DNA from: an uncultured Fibrobacterota bacterium
GTDB taxonomy: Bacteria; Fibrobacterota; Chitinivibrionia; Chitinivibrionales; CAYFVL01
NCBI GenBank assembly: GCA_964346405.1
Contig: CAYFVL010000003.1
Span: forward strand, 1 to 53,935
Reading direction: 5' to 3'
DNA: 53,935 nt
The notes under the pieces are model-generated. The model was not told the origin of the DNA, searched no databases, and saw only the letters and a list, made by a program, of their open reading frames with translations. Position numbers and translations under genes: made by a program. This document shows positions 40,301 through 49,501 of this stretch, one piece after another (position 1 is the stretch's first letter; every line of letters starts with the position of its first letter).

Positions 40301-40387
40301 AAACCCAAAAGGTAAAACGATATTGCGACAATTCGAAACACGACACATCTTCTTTCTCCTCCGTATGGATTGTGAGCATTGCCGCAT
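37358..40387 (-). CDS. Large secreted protein, putative glycoside-hydrolase-like barrel with a small C-terminal beta domain
   Basis: Signal peptide ending SATGA, with FDGVNTDN, DILFFE and AGWEP...RFG...YFTVHN. C-terminal DNGDGTCTAHFG...RGQPTVF.PGR module. The true start is probably near 40348. Confidence 0.65.
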   Translation of the reverse strand: MRQCSQSIRRRKKMCRVSNCRNIVLPFGFRTILLFMALSLSATGADLPREELYSYFRNKLNVTNHFQELRRAQGYDTTSYDRYWDSARTYIAYQDSADTMRACAFLDSILPHVFRPSSNLDTSRRSEHLPIFCKPRQTAAKAGSITMDAGESLNLGIFTSYGTVKSVVLAGDSVDGHPDNASVGGLWVKDVEYGIGPRLLWDTCTFADEDSAHFVMYSEGSNSLWVGADLSYYERSSNGRNYIQVDGTVWNEYGNDDTRALLVCYKIPLVLEDPVWGDDIRWARRIRFEGDFDTTAGGDTVGHNDIYENLMIYDDWQYSQNTRPTRYTSMYQLGVVYSASTGNGLVIAVPCDSIRSYRIDYNTLDTTMNIYFELATSNRTDKIGPDSTSFSFILYGIQRRQGFPEALDQYHTIFQDQYSVHDSLKNRIGLVGAMLKLNDKNSVDLDSADIDGLDFMVDVSSGDPSVTYGGVRQHMFLNAQTLFVRELNSPKLKCTTDQTVDSVINVDYIGNLDSIGVDEFSWYRFSRFHDYGEAVRRCRILDSLGGMHWHDGIDSHFVVNFDPDCDLVDSNAGRLLFSAVAAHDFRAMESFGVPFDGVNTDNVGDGYFVENFDSTHFNFIDFPLTYTYDSKRPVYPVLFSYYEWLDSLRTLLDEDGKTLSGNVMGFVDKYYAHLYDILFFENIKFRDRLPEFLLNYKRSFAGPKPLCQVSHGTPEYHLDSAAYLRWANRSLAYGMFAEFKDSGDDMNSALQHWVDEGCLDMYKTIPILLRSLGNAGWEPTPFAQICSLSVSSPWDTSSYQYDFFGDNLIIVNRFGEVESVMDTIYFTVHNESKTARTFDLKFNYDPDGNDPLGLGAVWGDSIAVDSLSFDFQNHQIVSNQISFSIDSSSKRITLKDLNLDSLGVAIIRIVCKAVAGENAESPVKPTLEFVEDNGDGTCTAHFGFLNENSYSVVIPIGTAPQNYFSPSPQDRGQPTVFPPGRHYDVFTVQFVGTSLVWNLAGRTQTSSCP

Positions 40388-40515
40388 TGTTACAGACTAA
40401 ATGCGACGTTCAGGATTCAGGAATATGGTATCAAGGAATGGTGGACTGGAACACAACAGTCCAAAAGCAATACTGAAAGGGAAAAAACGGCTCAGCCGTC
40501 GGGTGATTCGTCTCG

Positions 40516-41949
40516 TTATTTCTCCCGCACCTCAAACGAACTGAACCCGATATCCAACCCTTCATCTTCCTCCCCGGTACTTTCCCAGGTTGTCACAAAG
40601 TGGTATGCGCCTCCGACAGTCCTCCAGGCCTGTGCGGGTCTGATCTGATCCCCTTGTGTGGTGTCCTCATGGAGACGCAAAATGTATTCGTCGGAATAGT
40701 TTCTGCTCGCTATATCAAGAGAGATCGGGACATCCATCGAATCATAAAATTTCATTACCGTCTCGGCGCCATAACTGCCGGAACCGTGGTATTCGGTCCA
40801 GGAGACAAAAACTCTCCCGACCTCGTCCAGTTGAGCCACAATACGAGTCTTTTTGCCGGAAAACCCGGGGTGAGGGCAAATCGGAATTCCAAGAGTAGAC
40901 AAGTTCAGACGGCGAAAGTGAACATCCTGACTGTTGGGATCGTCGGCAGGATGCTGCACCCACGCAAGGACTGCACCGACACTGTTCACATCGACCATCG
41001 GGCGACGAATATAATCGTTTTCTGAACACTCTTCACAGATCTCTTGTTCAACGGGATCAATCCAGAAATCATTGTGGACTACATCGAACCGCCGGAACAC
41101 TGAACGGATGCTCAATGAAGGATCAACACAGTCGTCGGGGTTTTCACAGTCACAGGTTACCTGCTCCCACACCACAACACCCTTTCCACTGGTCAACACG
41201 TCCACATCGGGAAGACCGTAAAACCCAAGGCCAAGATTTGCGGGCGAAACGGTGTCACAGTTGTCACCATGGACGGCAAATCCCGGTTCAGTATTCATCT
41301 GTCGAGTTGCGCCAAACCCTTCACCGTTTGCTGCGAATATACGACCGTAGTGATTCAAAACCTTGTTGCCGGTTTCCGTCAACTGTTTTGCGCCCCAGGT
41401 GACAAAGAAATGGGCATTGGTTGTAGCCGGATCAAGTGCGGTAACATCTGGAAAAGACATCAATTTCGACTCGAAGCCCTGCGTGGTGACTTTCGTTCTT
41501 TCGAGACCAAGCCGGGGAGACATGGTTCCGTCGAGGCAACTCACATAGACATGAAAATCGTTTTGGCCCGCGTCTCTCTGCGCCCACGTCACAACCGCGC
41601 AGTGCCTGCCATCTACATATATAGTCACAACGTCTGGCGGACTTACGTCCTCGGCATCGCCGCTGATATCGATCTCAGTTCCGAGAGTATCATTGGGATC
41701 AATAAGACGGCCGTGAATGCTGCATGATCCCGAAACGCTTCCCTCCTGCTGCCAGACGACAAAGGAGTATCCCGAAGATGTCATTGCTACCGTTGCGTGG
41801 TGCTGATCTCCGGAAAGGATGCTATTGACGACTTGTCCGCTATCCAACCATTTGATATCCAGATCGGCCAACGAAACAGCGGACAGGGATAGGCATGCGG
41901 TGAGGCAAAGCAGAGACCGCGAAATGCCTGATCTGAAGTTCGACGCCAT
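40516..41949 (-). CDS. Secreted repeat protein (probable beta-propeller)
   Basis: Signal peptide from ATG 41949 and repeated P.V......(F/G)VV(T/V)W units; Cys-rich. Confidence 0.7.
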   Translation of the reverse strand: MASNFRSGISRSLLCLTACLSLSAVSLADLDIKWLDSGQVVNSILSGDQHHATVAMTSSGYSFVVWQQEGSVSGSCSIHGRLIDPNDTLGTEIDISGDAEDVSPPDVVTIYVDGRHCAVVTWAQRDAGQNDFHVYVSCLDGTMSPRLGLERTKVTTQGFESKLMSFPDVTALDPATTNAHFFVTWGAKQLTETGNKVLNHYGRIFAANGEGFGATRQMNTEPGFAVHGDNCDTVSPANLGLGFYGLPDVDVLTSGKGVVVWEQVTCDCENPDDCVDPSLSIRSVFRRFDVVHNDFWIDPVEQEICEECSENDYIRRPMVDVNSVGAVLAWVQHPADDPNSQDVHFRRLNLSTLGIPICPHPGFSGKKTRIVAQLDEVGRVFVSWTEYHGSGSYGAETVMKFYDSMDVPISLDIASRNYSDEYILRLHEDTTQGDQIRPAQAWRTVGGAYHFVTTWESTGEEDEGLDIGFSSFEVREK

Positions 41950-42115
41950 AGGTGATTCAGTCCGCTGTGTACAACATCGGTAATGTAAATGCAACAAGAT
42001 TCCCTCCCTGGTTCGACCTGGTGGCAAGGCACGGGGTTCGAAGCTAATGATTCGGTTGTTTCAAGATAGCCAAACTACATTTGTCTTTCAATTGCTCCGC
42101 GTTAGTTTTGTGCTA

Positions 42116-42255
42116 GCCCAGGTTTCGCAGTCGAGAACGAGCTGTTATGCGCAAGATGTTGTTCGAGATTATCTTGTCCCTCCGGGCGGGATAAGATCGT
42201 GCAACAGCTCACGGTCCCAAATGGCGGGACCGTGGGTTGGTTGCAAAACCTGGGC
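42116..42255. mobile_element. MITE-like element, family B
   Basis: TIRs GCCCAGGTTTCGCA / TGCAAAACCTGGGC flanked by TA on both sides, with internal palindromes. Homologous to 51478-51650. Confidence 0.75.
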
Positions 42256-42350
42256 TAAAGGTCTCCTTTTTCTAAAGGAATATTTCACTAAATGAGCGTT
42301 CCTCTCGCAAAAAACAGCATGATTTGCCTGCCGAGCAGTAATTTTCTATT

Positions 42351-43355
42351 ATGAGCACATCCTCCTTCTACCGACTCCTCAAGCTTAACAGTGTCATCCG
42401 AAACCACAGGATAAAGCTCCTGGGTATTCTGGCTCTTGATCTGCTCGGGAAACGGTACTTCGGTGTCCGCCTGGATCCGATCTACGCCTGTAACCTTCGA
42501 TGCAAGACGTGTCCGCTCTATACCGATCGACCTCGGGCGCGCCGTTTCAGTGAGGAAGATTTGCAGCGTATCGCGAAGCTCTTTTTCAGGCGAACATTGC
42601 AGTTATACATCGGTTGCGTGGCCGAACCCACCCTGTACCCGAACTATGCAGAAATCGTACGGATGGGCAAGGAGGCGGGAGTGCCTTTCGTGGGTCTGGT
42701 CACCAACGGACAGTTGGTCAAACCTACCGATATCGAGAAACTGATCACCTACGATCTCGACGAGCTTACCGTATCGACTCACGGCGTACACAAACAAACA
42801 TATGAGTATTTCATGGAAGGAGCTTCCTACTCGAGACATCATGAGTTCCTCTCAACTCTGCACGATCTCAAGAAAAGGCATAGTACCCCAAAACCGCAGC
42901 TCAGGATAAATCTCACCATAAATGCGGACAATCTCGAAGAAGCCTTTGAATTCTATGATCACTACAATGATTATGGCGTAGCGGTACTCCAAATCCGCCC
43001 GATTATGGCTTATTCCTCCGCCGGCTACAAAAACGATCTCGCCGGTGTCATTTCAAGGTATAACGGACTGGTAGACCACCTCAGAACCGAATCGCACGCG
43101 CGAGGAGTGAGGCTTTTGTCTAACAAGATGGATCCTACCCACCGTCGCCCCGGCTTCGGTGCTCTTCTGATCGAATACGCCGCCCGTCATATCAATCCGT
43201 ACAAAGTGTGGCGAGAGGATTTCGACTGGAAAAACGAGGACTACGACACCTACGTTAAGCGGAGCGGATTCAGGAGAAAACTTCTGAAAGATGTTTTCAC
43301 TCCCTCAAGCCGGTTAGCCTCCCGCCTGAACAGCCTCGAGTACGATGTCGACTGA
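42351..43355 (+). CDS. Radical SAM protein (MoaA/NifB/PqqE-like fold, function unknown)
   Basis: Motifs DPIYACNLRCKTC, AEPTL, VTNG and STHG...TY. Confidence 0.88.
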   Translation: MSTSSFYRLLKLNSVIRNHRIKLLGILALDLLGKRYFGVRLDPIYACNLRCKTCPLYTDRPRARRFSEEDLQRIAKLFFRRTLQLYIGCVAEPTLYPNYAEIVRMGKEAGVPFVGLVTNGQLVKPTDIEKLITYDLDELTVSTHGVHKQTYEYFMEGASYSRHHEFLSTLHDLKKRHSTPKPQLRINLTINADNLEEAFEFYDHYNDYGVAVLQIRPIMAYSSAGYKNDLAGVISRYNGLVDHLRTESHARGVRLLSNKMDPTHRRPGFGALLIEYAARHINPYKVWREDFDWKNEDYDTYVKRSGFRRKLLKDVFTPSSRLASRLNSLEYDVD

Positions 43356-43574
43356 GATTGGTATGCGGCAACGCACTCTTCCCGGGGCTCGAATGCCCCA
43401 GTCTGCATTGCTCATTTGTTGGATACACTCAGTATGGTGTCTCTCGACTGTCGAAATCGGATCGACGAATTTCTTTCGGGCACCTGTTCTTCAGATCAAG
43501 AATGGCCGAATTGTATCTTCATAGGGTATTCAAAACCGAAAAAGCCTTCTATTTGAACGACAACGGAATCCATC

Positions 43575-44537
43575 GTGTATTCTGAAACTGAAAACCTGCT
43601 CGACAAAGCGGCTGCCGCCATCCGCGAAGGCGGCCTGGTGGCCTTTCCAACGGAAACGGTGTACGGTCTGGGCGCCGATGCGCTTAATCCTCAGGCCGTT
43701 GCGAAGATATTCGATGCCAAGGAGCGTCCCCGGTTCAACCCTTTGATCGTTCACATAAATTCCCTGAGCATGCTGAATTCCCTTGTTGATGCCGTGCCTC
43801 GCGAAGCGCAGCAATTGATCGATAGTTTCTGGCCGGGGCCCCTGACGCTGGTTTTGCCCAAAAAAGACGCAGTTCCCGATCTGGTTAGCGCGGGGCTTCC
43901 ATCGGTGGGAATTCGAATGCCGGATAACCCCATCGCTCTGGAATTGATTGATCGGGCGGGAAAACCCATTGCCGCTCCGAGTGCCAACAAGTTCGGGCAG
44001 ATCAGTCCCACAACCGTGGAACACGTTCGGGAACAGCTCGAGGGTGTTGTGGATGTGATTCTCGACGGGGGGGCGTGCATGGTCGGGGTGGAATCCACCA
44101 TTGTATCACTAGCGCACAAGCGTCCGTTGCTTCTCCGCCCCGGCGGATTGGCCCCGGAGGTGATCGAGGAAGTTATTGGTCCGCTCGAGATTCCTGATCC
44201 GGCTTCCATGCAAAATGCGAGTCCCGGCAGATCGCTTCGTCATTATGCGCCGAAAACCCGTCTTGTTCTCGGCAATCCCACGGCACGGCTCGAAACCGGG
44301 CGCAAGGCACTTCTCACCTGTGGCCCATTACCCGGGGAAATTACGAGTGCTTACGATATGGTCGAGATCCTGTCGGAGACTGGGAATCTCACTGAGGCGG
44401 CGTGCAAACTGTTTGCGACTCTTCGAAAACTCGACTCGCGGGGATTGGACCTCATAGTCGCCATACCGGCGCCGAACCGAGGGCTTGGGTTCGCGATAAA
44501 CGACCGTCTCAGTCGAGCCGCGGTTTCCCGCACCTGA
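43575..44537 (+). CDS. sua5: L-threonylcarbamoyladenylate synthase (Sua5/TsaC2)
   Basis: VAFPTETVYGLGAD, KERP.FNPLIVH, AAPSAN, GVESTI and the C-terminal SUA5 domain (PG...HYAP). Confidence 0.96.
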   Translation: MYSETENLLDKAAAAIREGGLVAFPTETVYGLGADALNPQAVAKIFDAKERPRFNPLIVHINSLSMLNSLVDAVPREAQQLIDSFWPGPLTLVLPKKDAVPDLVSAGLPSVGIRMPDNPIALELIDRAGKPIAAPSANKFGQISPTTVEHVREQLEGVVDVILDGGACMVGVESTIVSLAHKRPLLLRPGGLAPEVIEEVIGPLEIPDPASMQNASPGRSLRHYAPKTRLVLGNPTARLETGRKALLTCGPLPGEITSAYDMVEILSETGNLTEAACKLFATLRKLDSRGLDLIVAIPAPNRGLGFAINDRLSRAAVSRT

Positions 44538-44623
44538 TCACCGGGCGGACTTGGCGCATAGCTACTACTGCTGTCATACCACACCGCCCGAATGACCCCA
44601 ACGATATTGCCGGAATCGCCGGA

Positions 44624-45784
44624 TTACCACTCGTGTTTCGGTGGATTCGGCCATGTCTTTTTCGCGAACTCCATTTCCGCCGGAATATCCAGGTGCTGAG
44701 TGCACTTTTCGACACAGACCCCGCAGCCGGTGCAAGCGAAAGCGTTTTTGTGTTTGATCCAGCGATCGCCGATACTGTTGTAAGTTTTCTTCGCTTCGCG
44801 GGCAAATCCAAGATACCGTTGAAGGTAGACGGCCTCCATGGTACGCATTATATGGACATCGTTCGGACAAGGGGAGCAGTAGCCGCATTTCGTGCAAAAT
44901 CCGACTTTTTCCGGAGAAGCCGAATCGATAAAATCGTTTACGTGTTGCACTTGCTCGGGGCTTAACAGGTCCTTCTCCGCGCTTTTTATGGAACTGTCGA
45001 CATCCGACTTTTTGCCCACTCCACTAATGATGGTATCAACCGATGGATTTGAGAGTATCCATCTGATAGCCAGATCGGCCAGAGAGGCACACCCCATTTC
45101 TTGAACAAGATCTCTGAAGACGGCGGAATCGGCTGCGAGCTTCCCTCCTCCCACCGGGTTCATAACAATGGTCCCGATTCCCTTCTGCTTCGCTTTCTTT
45201 ATGACCGGCTCATACGTGCGGTTCATCATATTATAGGTAAGAAGCAATACCTCGCACCACTCGGCATCATCCAGATACTTCAGAAGGTTCTCAACCGAAT
45301 CGTGCGAAGTGAATCCGATATGCCCGACAAGCCCTCGGTCCCTCGCCTTTTTGATACCGTCGACAAAACCACCCTTTCTTGTTGCGATTTCCCAATGTTC
45401 CGGCTTGTGGATATTCCAGACCTGATAAAAATCCAGATAGTCGATATCCATGCGCTTCATTGATTCCTCAATCCGTCTCAGCACGCTGTCCTCAGAGCCG
45501 TCGTCGGTGTCTTCGATCTTCTTCACCCATGGCGCCGATTTTGTCGAAATGAGAGCTTTCTTACGATAGCCGTCTTTCATGGCCTTCCCGATTTTGATTT
45601 CCGAAGCGCCATAGCCACGGGAAGTATCGATATAGGTCAAACCCGCATCGAGAGCATACCGTATTAGCTCAACCGCTTCACCTTCATCCCGGGGGAATCG
45701 CATTCCACCCATGTTTACGCGTGGAATGCGAAACCCGCTCTTTGTGCCGAAATCAATCATTTTCAAGATCCAGTATCCTTTCAA
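44624..45784 (-). CDS. Aldo/keto reductase with C-terminal Fe-S dicluster domain
   Basis: YIDTSRGYG.SE, ISTK, HIGFTSH, CTKCGYCSPCP and CTGCGVCVEKC. The start is probably 45766 or 45760. Confidence 0.92.
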   Translation of the reverse strand: MKGYWILKMIDFGTKSGFRIPRVNMGGMRFPRDEGEAVELIRYALDAGLTYIDTSRGYGASEIKIGKAMKDGYRKKALISTKSAPWVKKIEDTDDGSEDSVLRRIEESMKRMDIDYLDFYQVWNIHKPEHWEIATRKGGFVDGIKKARDRGLVGHIGFTSHDSVENLLKYLDDAEWCEVLLLTYNMMNRTYEPVIKKAKQKGIGTIVMNPVGGGKLAADSAVFRDLVQEMGCASLADLAIRWILSNPSVDTIISGVGKKSDVDSSIKSAEKDLLSPEQVQHVNDFIDSASPEKVGFCTKCGYCSPCPNDVHIMRTMEAVYLQRYLGFAREAKKTYNSIGDRWIKHKNAFACTGCGVCVEKCTQHLDIPAEMEFAKKTWPNPPKHEW

Positions 45785-46075
45785 CTACAGTAAAACTCAG
45801 CCTGAGGACCTCCATTAAAAATGAAAGATGCCCAAATCATTATTCCATGTTGGATCAGAGGGACGTCCGGGAAGACTTTTCGGGCGTGGCTTTGACGAAG
45901 AACATACGATTCTGACGATCCTGTTGGCTTCAGAGTGTATTTTCTGACAGGGATTTAATCAATTTAATTTGAAAAACCCAGCCTCTGCCGCATTGAACTC
46001 GTGCAACCACGACCCGGATTTTACAATTGTTGGGCGAGTGGAAAGCAGAAAGTTCGGTAACCGAAACAGTAGACA

Positions 46076-47005
46076 ATGGAATCAGACATACTCAAAACTG
46101 CTTACAGCAAACACGAGAAAGAGCGGCGAAAACAGACCGGCATGGTGGTAAACCTCGGGCTGACGGCAAATATCGTGCTTGCGGCGACCAAACTGACCGG
46201 CGGAATTCTCGGCCACAGTCAGGCACTTCTTGCCGACGGTATCAATTCAATTTCCGACGTCGTTTACTTTATTGTGGTACGTGTCTTTGTGGGGCTGTCG
46301 GGAAAACCGGCCGATCAGGAGCACCCCTATGGCCACCATCAGTTCGAAAGCATTGCCGCTCTGGTGGTCGGTGCTTTCGTGATAACTACCGGGCTTACCA
46401 TTTTCTGGGATTCGGTGAATTCGGCCTTCGATCTCTTCACCGGACAGATAGAACGAAAACCTCTTCGATTCTACACACTTCTTCTGGCCGGCGGTACGAT
46501 AGTGATCAAAGTGGCGCTTATGTTTCACGCGTTCGCCATGGCAAAGAAGACGGAAAGCATCACCGTCTCGGCGCTTGCGACCGATCATCGCAACGATATA
46601 TTCTCCTCCTTTGGAGCCTCCGTCGGGATCGTATTCGGTCTCATGGGATACTACTGGCTCGACCCATTCGCCGGCGCGCTCGTCGCAATAGTAGTGACGA
46701 AAGCCGGGTTCAGTATCCTCGGGGAATCATCGGCTGAGCTTATGGATTCGGTCCCCAGTCGCGAAATTGACGCAAAAGTCAGGACAATTCTGTCGGGCAT
46801 GGAGGATGTGCGTACCATAGAGAGCATTCATGCCCATCGATTCGGGCCGTACTATGTTGTGAATATCACAATCGGTATCGATGGAAACCTGCGGGTGAAC
46901 GAGGGAGATAAGGTTGCCGACCGTGTAGAAGCCCGTCTATATGAGAGAATCGAGATGCTTCGGAAAGTGTACGTGCACTATCATCCGGCGAATCGCGGGA
47001 AGTGA
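46076..47005 (+). CDS. Cation diffusion facilitator (FieF-like) transporter
   Basis: SQALLADGINSISD, KPAD.EHPYGH..FE, DHRND and LDP, plus a C-terminal dimerisation domain. Confidence 0.95.
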   Translation: MESDILKTAYSKHEKERRKQTGMVVNLGLTANIVLAATKLTGGILGHSQALLADGINSISDVVYFIVVRVFVGLSGKPADQEHPYGHHQFESIAALVVGAFVITTGLTIFWDSVNSAFDLFTGQIERKPLRFYTLLLAGGTIVIKVALMFHAFAMAKKTESITVSALATDHRNDIFSSFGASVGIVFGLMGYYWLDPFAGALVAIVVTKAGFSILGESSAELMDSVPSREIDAKVRTILSGMEDVRTIESIHAHRFGPYYVVNITIGIDGNLRVNEGDKVADRVEARLYERIEMLRKVYVHYHPANRGK

Positions 47006-47069
47006 TCGAGAGTTTAACCCGGGTTCGCAATCAACTCACGGCATTCTGCGTAACCTGTTGCCCGACCGC

Positions 47070-47870
47070 TTATCGAGGATATTTGAAAAAGCGAACCGCC
47101 TCCTCCACGAGCCCCATATCGACTTCGGTGTTGAAACACGGGCCGTTGGGACGGTCGTTTATCACACCGTAAACGGGTATAGGATGAACATCCTGAATGC
47201 CGAACGTCAGGTCTCTTTCGCACGCAACCGCAACGATACCGTCGGGGCGGAATGTAGCGACCCTTTTCCGGGCAAGAGTACCACCGTTCACAACTTCGAG
47301 CCGAAGACCGTATTTCTCACCAAGATGCCGTAAATCGCCCACCGGACAGCGGCCACATTGAACGCAATTATCGACGGTTCCGGTAATTTTGCGGTTACAA
47401 ACATCCACCTGCAAACAGTGTGGGAGGAGAACCAGCACTCGATCGCCTCGAATACGCTTTCGTTGTGCCTTGGTGAGAGCGTTATTGACCTTGACGAACG
47501 AAGTGCGTAAAAAGTTCCGTTTCACGCCTACCAGTTGACTTAGCCCGGCAGCTATCGGGAACAGTACTTTGACCGTAACCGACTGTTTGCGATGCGGGTA
47601 CAGGACATCGATTCCCGTCAGGGCGGCAAACGTGATCAAGAACAGGCCGGCTCCGACAAGAAAAACTCCCACTCCGACGACCACAATTACCAGAACGGCA
47701 AGCCAAGGCGCAATTTGCACAAGCCGAGGATGTACCAAATAATAGATAAGGCCGGCGATTCCGGCGAAAAGAAAATAGCTCAACCAGCAAAAGGAAAGGA
47801 AAATGGCTTTAGTCCATGCCGATCTCCACATGGACTCATCGGATTTCTTCTTAGTTTCTGAATTTGTCAT
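47070..47870 (-). CDS. DUF116 family membrane-anchored protein
   Basis: Motifs LLPHCLQ...C, C..CG.C, GGTLAR, AVACERDL and GPC.NT. Confidence 0.9.
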   Translation of the reverse strand: MTNSETKKKSDESMWRSAWTKAIFLSFCWLSYFLFAGIAGLIYYLVHPRLVQIAPWLAVLVIVVVGVGVFLVGAGLFLITFAALTGIDVLYPHRKQSVTVKVLFPIAAGLSQLVGVKRNFLRTSFVKVNNALTKAQRKRIRGDRVLVLLPHCLQVDVCNRKITGTVDNCVQCGRCPVGDLRHLGEKYGLRLEVVNGGTLARKRVATFRPDGIVAVACERDLTFGIQDVHPIPVYGVINDRPNGPCFNTEVDMGLVEEAVRFFKYPR

Positions 47871-48133
47871 CTAAACCTGTTTTGCTCGATCGGCGAAGTC
47901 GAACTGCAGCATTTGCCGAACATCGAAAAAAATGGCTGTTTGCGCGCCACACACTGCAAATGCCGCTCCAAAACAGTCCGGTCTTTGAAACCGAAAACTG
48001 GAGCTGGGCTTTTGCGATCGGTGTCGCAACCGATTTGCTTGCGATACCTGAATGCTCGATTCCGATTCCGGGATATGCAACATTCCCTTTCCGGGCACGA
48101 ACGGAAAGGGGATGCAAAATTAATTAAAATTAA

Positions 48134-48285
48134 GGGTTCGCGCAGAAATAAATCTGCATTTTCTCGTGCAGATATTTCTTGTGGATATCGAGGGGCATCT
48201 CGCAGAGCCATAGAAACGGCGCTATGCTCAAGAGATGCAACCCGATGTGGTGAGCTTGTCGAACCAAAAATACCCGCAAACAAGA
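48134..48285. mobile_element. MITE-like element, family A (inverted, one end lost)
   Basis: Aligns with the reverse complement of about 36927-37078 and is preceded by TAA. Confidence 0.7.
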
Positions 48286-48416
48286 AGGAGTCGTCACGCA
48301 CGGGAAGGCAGGATCGGGAACGTTTCGCCGCGGAGCCGTTCCGCATGCCGAGAACGTTTGCTTCCCCCGTTGTGGCCCACCGCACTTAGTGCCGGGAAAC
48401 ATCTGTATCGTGTCTA

Positions 48417-48641
48417 TTATCCTACATTCTCAACCGATTTCACTTCGGGAATACGCTCCTTCAAAAGGCGCTCAACTCCCATTTTAAGCGTCATCACCGC
48501 TCCGGGACATCCGCGGCAGGCACCCTGAAGACGAACCTGAACGACATTGTCCTCGGTGATATCGACCAACTCTATATCCCCTCCGTCCGCCTGAAGATTC
48601 GGGCGAATTTCATCGATAACGCTTTGCACTTTCTCTTTCAT
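48417..48641 (-). CDS. NifU/NfuA C-terminal domain Fe-S carrier protein
   Basis: IRP.LQADGGDIELV and RLQGACRGCP...TLK.G.E. AGGAG RBS before ATG 48641. Confidence 0.95.
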   Translation of the reverse strand: MKEKVQSVIDEIRPNLQADGGDIELVDITEDNVVQVRLQGACRGCPGAVMTLKMGVERLLKERIPEVKSVENVG

Positions 48642-48865
48642 GAAAAGACTCCTTTCCTGGATACACATTCTACGATAAGCAGCTCACGATTGTTTTCGCT
48701 TACTGCTAAAAAAATACACCGTGCCCGAGTCCCGAGTTCGATACCGGTATATGCGCGGTGGGAGAGCGGGGCCACTTCGTCCCGCCTGACGGGGTCAGTG
48801 CATCGCGGGACAGACTGAATCGAATTCGACGGTGCCCGGTTTGGAAATCTACCAAAAAAAAACGC

Positions 48866-48893
48866 TAAAGCTCAAGGGTATGCCGTCCGATAC
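48866..48893 (+). promoter_or_regulatory. Possible sigma-28 (FliA/SigD) promoter upstream of flgM
   Basis: TAAA-N16-TCCGATAC resembles the consensus TAAA-N15/16-GCCGATAA. It lies about 260 nt upstream of flgM. Confidence 0.4.
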
Positions 48894-49154
48894 ACATATC
48901 AGGGGATACTAGAAACGGATTTACAGGGAACGCAAGGATGCGGAACAAATGCTCACAACCGGTACGAACGCACACAAAACCATGCCCGCAGTTCTCGCAT
49001 CAGCCGACAAAAGCTCCCTGCACCGATAAAAAAAAGACAAAGATCGGCAAATCTTTGTCTTTTAAGGTATCAGCAAGACAGAGGAGAAACGGCACATATC
49101 CTGCGTATCTATGCAGTGTATCGGCCGAAACCCGAAACGGCTTGAGCGAAAAGT

Positions 49155-49427
49155 ATGCAAATCAACGGAATTCAGAGTAAAAGCTACACGATGCAAACCG
49201 GGAAGAAGCGTTCGGGGGGAAAATCGTCCCCTTCGAAGAAGGCCGGCGAAACCCGTTCGAAACGCGACAGGCTGGAACTCTCCAGCGCTTCGGAAACCGC
49301 AAAAAACCGCGAGGCGCATCTTGCCGCAATTCGTAAGAGAATTGCCGGAGGATTCTACAGTTCGGGAGAAGTGGTCGACGACCTCTCCGATTCCTTTGCC
49401 AAAGCGTTTGATCAAGCTCTCAAGTAG
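49155..49427 (+). CDS. flgM: Flagellar anti-sigma-28 factor FlgM
   Basis: MQING start, low-complexity basic N-terminus, DRLELSS and RE..LAAIRKRIAGGFY. Confidence 0.8.
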   Translation: MQINGIQSKSYTMQTGKKRSGGKSSPSKKAGETRSKRDRLELSSASETAKNREAHLAAIRKRIAGGFYSSGEVVDDLSDSFAKAFDQALK

Positions 49428-49501
49428 AGAGTACCTGGCCCAGGTTCCGCAGCCAACTCACGGCTCTTTGCGGCGTTGCTCCTTCGTTGAATACGCCCAG
49501 C

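Noticed and set aside
43575-44537. Functional link between Sua5 and the EPS carbamoyltransferase
   Set aside because: They share YrdC-type chemistry, but sua5 is a universal tRNA-modification gene lying 22 kb away among housekeeping genes.
46076-47005. Magnetosome MamB/MamM
   Set aside because: Only generic CDF motifs are present and no other mam genes are nearby.
47864-48402. Overlapping ORFs of 75-172 aa
   Set aside because: They run through repeat/MITE DNA and show no protein-like motifs. The similar ORF at 36856-37056 is just the other MITE copy.
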